27,120 nt of DNA from Sphingomonadaceae bacterium. Its GTDB lineage: Bacteria; Chloroflexota; UBA6077. Within the stretch, counting starts at the first letter, position 1. Every line of letters begins with the position of its first letter. Shown piece after piece: positions 24,027 through 27,120 of the stretch. Where the stretch lies: NCBI GenBank assembly GCA_050261575.1, contig JBLNDL010000067.1:62001-89120 (forward strand), written 5' to 3'. A program made the translations under genes and the position numbers. The notes under the pieces were generated by a model that saw only the letters and a list, made by a program, of their open reading frames with translations, did no database searches and was not told where the DNA came from.

Positions 24027-26369
24027 CTAACGCTCGGTCAGCAGCTCGTACCCATCCCGTCCGATGGTCATCTCCACGGCACCGTGCCGATCGGTGCGCA
24101 GCAGCAGGCTGTTCCCCAGCAGCGCCACCGTCGACTCAGCCGGGTGGCCGAAGCGGTTGTTCGACTGGACCGACACGACCGCCGCGCGGGGCGAGATCGT
24201 CTGCAGGAAGCCCTCGTCCAGGGAGCCCACTGCCCCATGGCGAGGCAGTCGCAGAAGCTCCATCCGCCCCGGCGCCCCCCGAGCGATCTCGGCCTGGACT
24301 CCCCTGGAGAGGTCCCCCGGCAGCAGGACGCTGATCCCTCCGGCAGCCACCAGCTTGATCGCCATCGCAGGCTCCTCCAGATACCCCGCTGGCGCCCACA
24401 ACACCTCCAACCAGGTTTCGCCGTCCAGGGGTATCCGCTGTCCGGTGGCTGCCCGCACCACCGGCACTCGCCGCTCCCGCAACAGCTCCGTCCACGCCAG
24501 CCCCGCGCCCCTCTCCGGTGGCGATCCCGGCTGCAGGACGAACCCGACAGGATACCTGCGCACCACCTCCAGCAGCCCGGCCAAGCGGCCCTCGCCGTAG
24601 TCGGTCACCACCACCCCGTCCAGTGCCCGATCCAGGAACCCCAGCCGCTTTCCCAGGGCGTCGGCAACGCCAACCGGGCTGGGTCCGCCATCCACCAGGA
24701 GCTTGTGGCCCGCCGCGCTACGGATCAGGGTAGCGTCGCCGTGGCCCACGTCCAGGAAGTAGAGGTGGGTCTTCCCGTCCGGGCGATCGGACAGCGCCAC
24801 CAGCCCGAGGCCGAGCAAGGCAGCGGCGGCGCCGGCCAGGGTCCAACCGGGCAGCCGCCCCGCCAGGGAGAGCGCGGCCTGCCGGACCGAACGCATCTCC
24901 GCGGACGGCCAGAAGCCCACCGCGACCACCAGCAGGTAGTAGGCCACGACACTCCAGAAGCCGAGTGCGCCCACGGGGAGGACGGCCCCGGGGAGTCGGG
25001 CCGTCCAGCCGATCACCTCCACCAGGTAGGTAAGGTATAGCCAGGCGGGGAAGGCCAGCAGGTGACCGGCGGGCTCGAATAGGGCCCCGACCCCGACTGC
25101 GAGGGCACCCGCGATCATCACCCCCGGCAGCATGGGGGTGACGAGGAGGTTCGCGAGGGGAGACACCACCGAGAGGTTGTTGAAGCTGCCCACCAGCACC
25201 GGCATGGTCGCGATTTGAGCCGCCAGGGTGACCGAGAGGGAGGAGGCGAGCCATCCGGGAAGGCGGCCAAGAGCTCCTCGCAGCACCGGCTCCAGCAGCA
25301 CCAGCCCACCAGTAGCCAGAAACGAGAGTTGAAAGCCCAGATCGAACAGCAGGTTCGGGTCGGCGCCGGCCATGAACGCCGCCGAGAGCAGGAGAATCGA
25401 CAGGGGATCCGTGCCGCGCCCCACCAGGATCGCCGAGAGGCCCAGCGTAGCCATGATAGCAGCCCGGAGGGCAGAAGGCGGCAGACCTGTCAAGGCGGAG
25501 TAGAACCACACCGTGGCGATCGCAAGCAGGGTGGCTCTCTGTCGAGCAAGGAGGCGAAGCGAGGCCGCTTGAGCCAGCCCCGCCACCACCGTGACGTTGA
25601 AGCCGGAGACCGCGACGATGTGGCTGGTGCTGGTGGCGTTGAGGGCATCGCGAAACTCGGGGGGCATGCTCGCGCGAGCGCCCACCAGGATGCCCGCGAG
25701 GAGGGAGGCCTGTGGCTCGGGTAGAAGCCGTACGCAGAGCGCCTCCAGCCTGTCCCGCAGGCCGTCGATGGACCGCCGCAAGTCGGGTCCCGAGCCAAGA
25801 CGATCCCTCAGCCGGATGCCGGGGTACTCGAGGATCGTGTGGATGCCCTGGCGCGAGAGCTGCTCGGCCCAGTAGCCCGACCCCTGCTCCAGCGGGCGAA
25901 GCTGTCCCCACACTGCTAACGGGTCCCCGTAGCCCCACTCTCGGTACCGGTCGGTGCGGACCAACACCCGCCCCCGGAGCCGCTCCCGCGCGCCCCGCGC
26001 CCACAGATCCTCCACATCCAGCACCATCAGGACGTGGGAGTCCCGCACCTCGGGCCGTCCCGCCACGGTGCCGTAGATCACCACCGGCCCCGTTCGCTCC
26101 AGCAGAGGGTCGGAACCCGTCGCCATGCTCGATGCGCGCGCAACGCCGAGGACGCCCGCCCCCACCGCGAGCGCCGTGACCACGAGCCTGCGATCCCCTC
26201 GGGCAAGGATTGCAGCCGCGCCGGATAGAAGGGAGAGGGTAAGCAGCGCGAATGTCGGGGCTAGAGGGGAAAAGGCTGAAGAGTCTTCCTCTGCCGGCCC
26301 TCCGGCGCTCCCCACGAGACCCAGATAGAGGCCCACCAGCCAGCCAAGGGAGAGGAAGATCGTGGTCAT
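24027..26369 (-). CDS. comEC: DNA-uptake channel ComEC/Rec2 with degenerate metallo-beta-lactamase domain
   Basis: OB-like N-domain, competence domain (LLAGILVG, SHIVAVSGFNV, PSALRAAIM, DLGFQLSFLAT, SPLANLL) and C-terminal MBL fold (FLDVGHGDA, LVDGGP, FGHP, RTD..GAV). Confidence 0.93.
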   Translation of the reverse strand: MTTIFLSLGWLVGLYLGLVGSAGGPAEEDSSAFSPLAPTFALLTLSLLSGAAAILARGDRRLVVTALAVGAGVLGVARASSMATGSDPLLERTGPVVIYGTVAGRPEVRDSHVLMVLDVEDLWARGARERLRGRVLVRTDRYREWGYGDPLAVWGQLRPLEQGSGYWAEQLSRQGIHTILEYPGIRLRDRLGSGPDLRRSIDGLRDRLEALCVRLLPEPQASLLAGILVGARASMPPEFRDALNATSTSHIVAVSGFNVTVVAGLAQAASLRLLARQRATLLAIATVWFYSALTGLPPSALRAAIMATLGLSAILVGRGTDPLSILLLSAAFMAGADPNLLFDLGFQLSFLATGGLVLLEPVLRGALGRLPGWLASSLSVTLAAQIATMPVLVGSFNNLSVVSPLANLLVTPMLPGVMIAGALAVGVGALFEPAGHLLAFPAWLYLTYLVEVIGWTARLPGAVLPVGALGFWSVVAYYLLVVAVGFWPSAEMRSVRQAALSLAGRLPGWTLAGAAAALLGLGLVALSDRPDGKTHLYFLDVGHGDATLIRSAAGHKLLVDGGPSPVGVADALGKRLGFLDRALDGVVVTDYGEGRLAGLLEVVRRYPVGFVLQPGSPPERGAGLAWTELLRERRVPVVRAATGQRIPLDGETWLEVLWAPAGYLEEPAMAIKLVAAGGISVLLPGDLSRGVQAEIARGAPGRMELLRLPRHGAVGSLDEGFLQTISPRAAVVSVQSNNRFGHPAESTVALLGNSLLLRTDRHGAVEMTIGRDGYELLTER

Positions 26370-26452
26370 GGGCGAGCCGTCCAGCCTTCGAGAGAGGTGC
26401 ACACGGCACCGAGCGGAGACGGGGAAAGGCCGGGCAGGTCACGAACCGTCGG

Positions 26453-26794
26453 TCACAGGGAAGAAGCAGCGCCTGGGCACATTGTACATGGTGAAGCGAC
26501 AGGGGAAAAGCCCAGGTCAGCTCCCAAGGTCTCTTTCAGCCAGCGGCGCTCCTCGACGAGTCCCGACAGGATGAAGGCGACGACCATCCCTGCCCCTCCC
26601 AGCCCCACCACGACGGCGGCAAAGACCCTATAGTGGTCGGGAAGGCGGCTCAGGACGTTGTTGAAGGCGACGTGCAAGGACATAGCAGCCGCCCAGCCCA
26701 GGCAGACGAGCAGGACCTTGAAGCTGCCGGAGGCATAGAGGTCCAGCCAGCGCACCAGGTACAAGAAGGTCAGGGGAAGGGCGATGGCCACCAT
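26453..26794 (-). pseudogene. PrsW-family intramembrane protease remnant with internal deletion
   Basis: PrsW-like N-terminus (PL.FLY.VRWLDLY.......LVCLGW) joined directly to the last-motif helix (AAMSLHVAFNN), with no EExxK or FxxxE motifs between; non-coding-looking tail. Confidence 0.6.
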
Positions 26795-27107
26795 GGCGGC
26801 TGCGATCGATCCCGATGCTCCTCGTCGAAGCCGCGATCGCTCAGAATACGTAATCCTTCCTAAGGCCGATTGCGTCCTCTTGGGTTCCGTCGGCTACCAA
26901 TTGCGCGTGCCGCCTGGCATTCTGGTATTGTGAAAACGTGCGCCAGTGAGGTTGGCCCCCACCAGCACCACCAGCCATCGACGTGTGATCCTGTCAAGCA
27001 CGGTAGTATCCCGGGAAGTGGTGTAAAAAGGGCGGGTGGTTGACAGGGACGGCCACCCCGTGGTCTTCATCGAGATTGCCAAGATCATCGATAGGAGACG
27101 GAACGGG

Positions 27108-27120
27108 ATGGCCGACGAGT
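27108..27120 (+). CDS. Probable start of a gene running off the window (MADE...)
   Basis: AGGAG SD at 27093-27097, ATG at 27108, TTGACA at 27040-27045; only four codons visible. Confidence 0.35.

Noticed and set aside
26990..27047. IS end or IscB omega-RNA start (CCTGTCAAGCAC..GTGGTTGACAGG inverted repeat)
   Set aside because: No adjacent transposase or nuclease ORF is visible and the internal hairpin expected for such ends is missing; back-to-back TTGACA hexamers of divergent promoters explain it equally well.
26894..27088. 64-aa minus-strand ORF
   Set aside because: No SD, no recognisable motif, and it spans a probable divergent promoter region.

Overview
High-GC bacterial chromosomal window. 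The gene families (membrane double-zinc-ribbon protein, TPR-cdaA-cdaR, ComEC and PrsW types) suggest Chloroflexota; this is an inference. Contents in order: the 3' end of an Fe-S/Rieske/small membrane protein/NarK operon, a beta-hydroxyacid dehydrogenase, mutS2, a zinc-ribbon membrane protein, a minus-strand argF-TPR-cdaA-cdaR-der run, a small membrane protein, TauE, an alpha/beta hydrolase, EamA, carA-carB, a YciF-like ferritin, a rubrerythrin-VIT1 (MbfA-like) protein, comEC and a PrsW-like remnant. No rRNA, tRNA, transposase or true CRISPR array was seen. The strongest signal is the carbamoyl-phosphate synthase. CarA has lost its glutaminase Cys and Glu (GIGLGFQ, HPG) and its PGPHD tunnel loop. 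The otherwise well-conserved CarB is substituted at the matching interface residues (E. coli D258/Q262/R265), pointing to a co-evolved, glutamine-independent CPS rather than random decay. Other highlights: a candidate uORF/hairpin attenuator with a duplicated motif upstream of mutS2, and several families of miniature palindromic or 7-/8-mer repeat elements, three of which lie in frame inside proteins (MutS2, the TPR protein, CarA). All family calls come from motif recognition; no database search was run.
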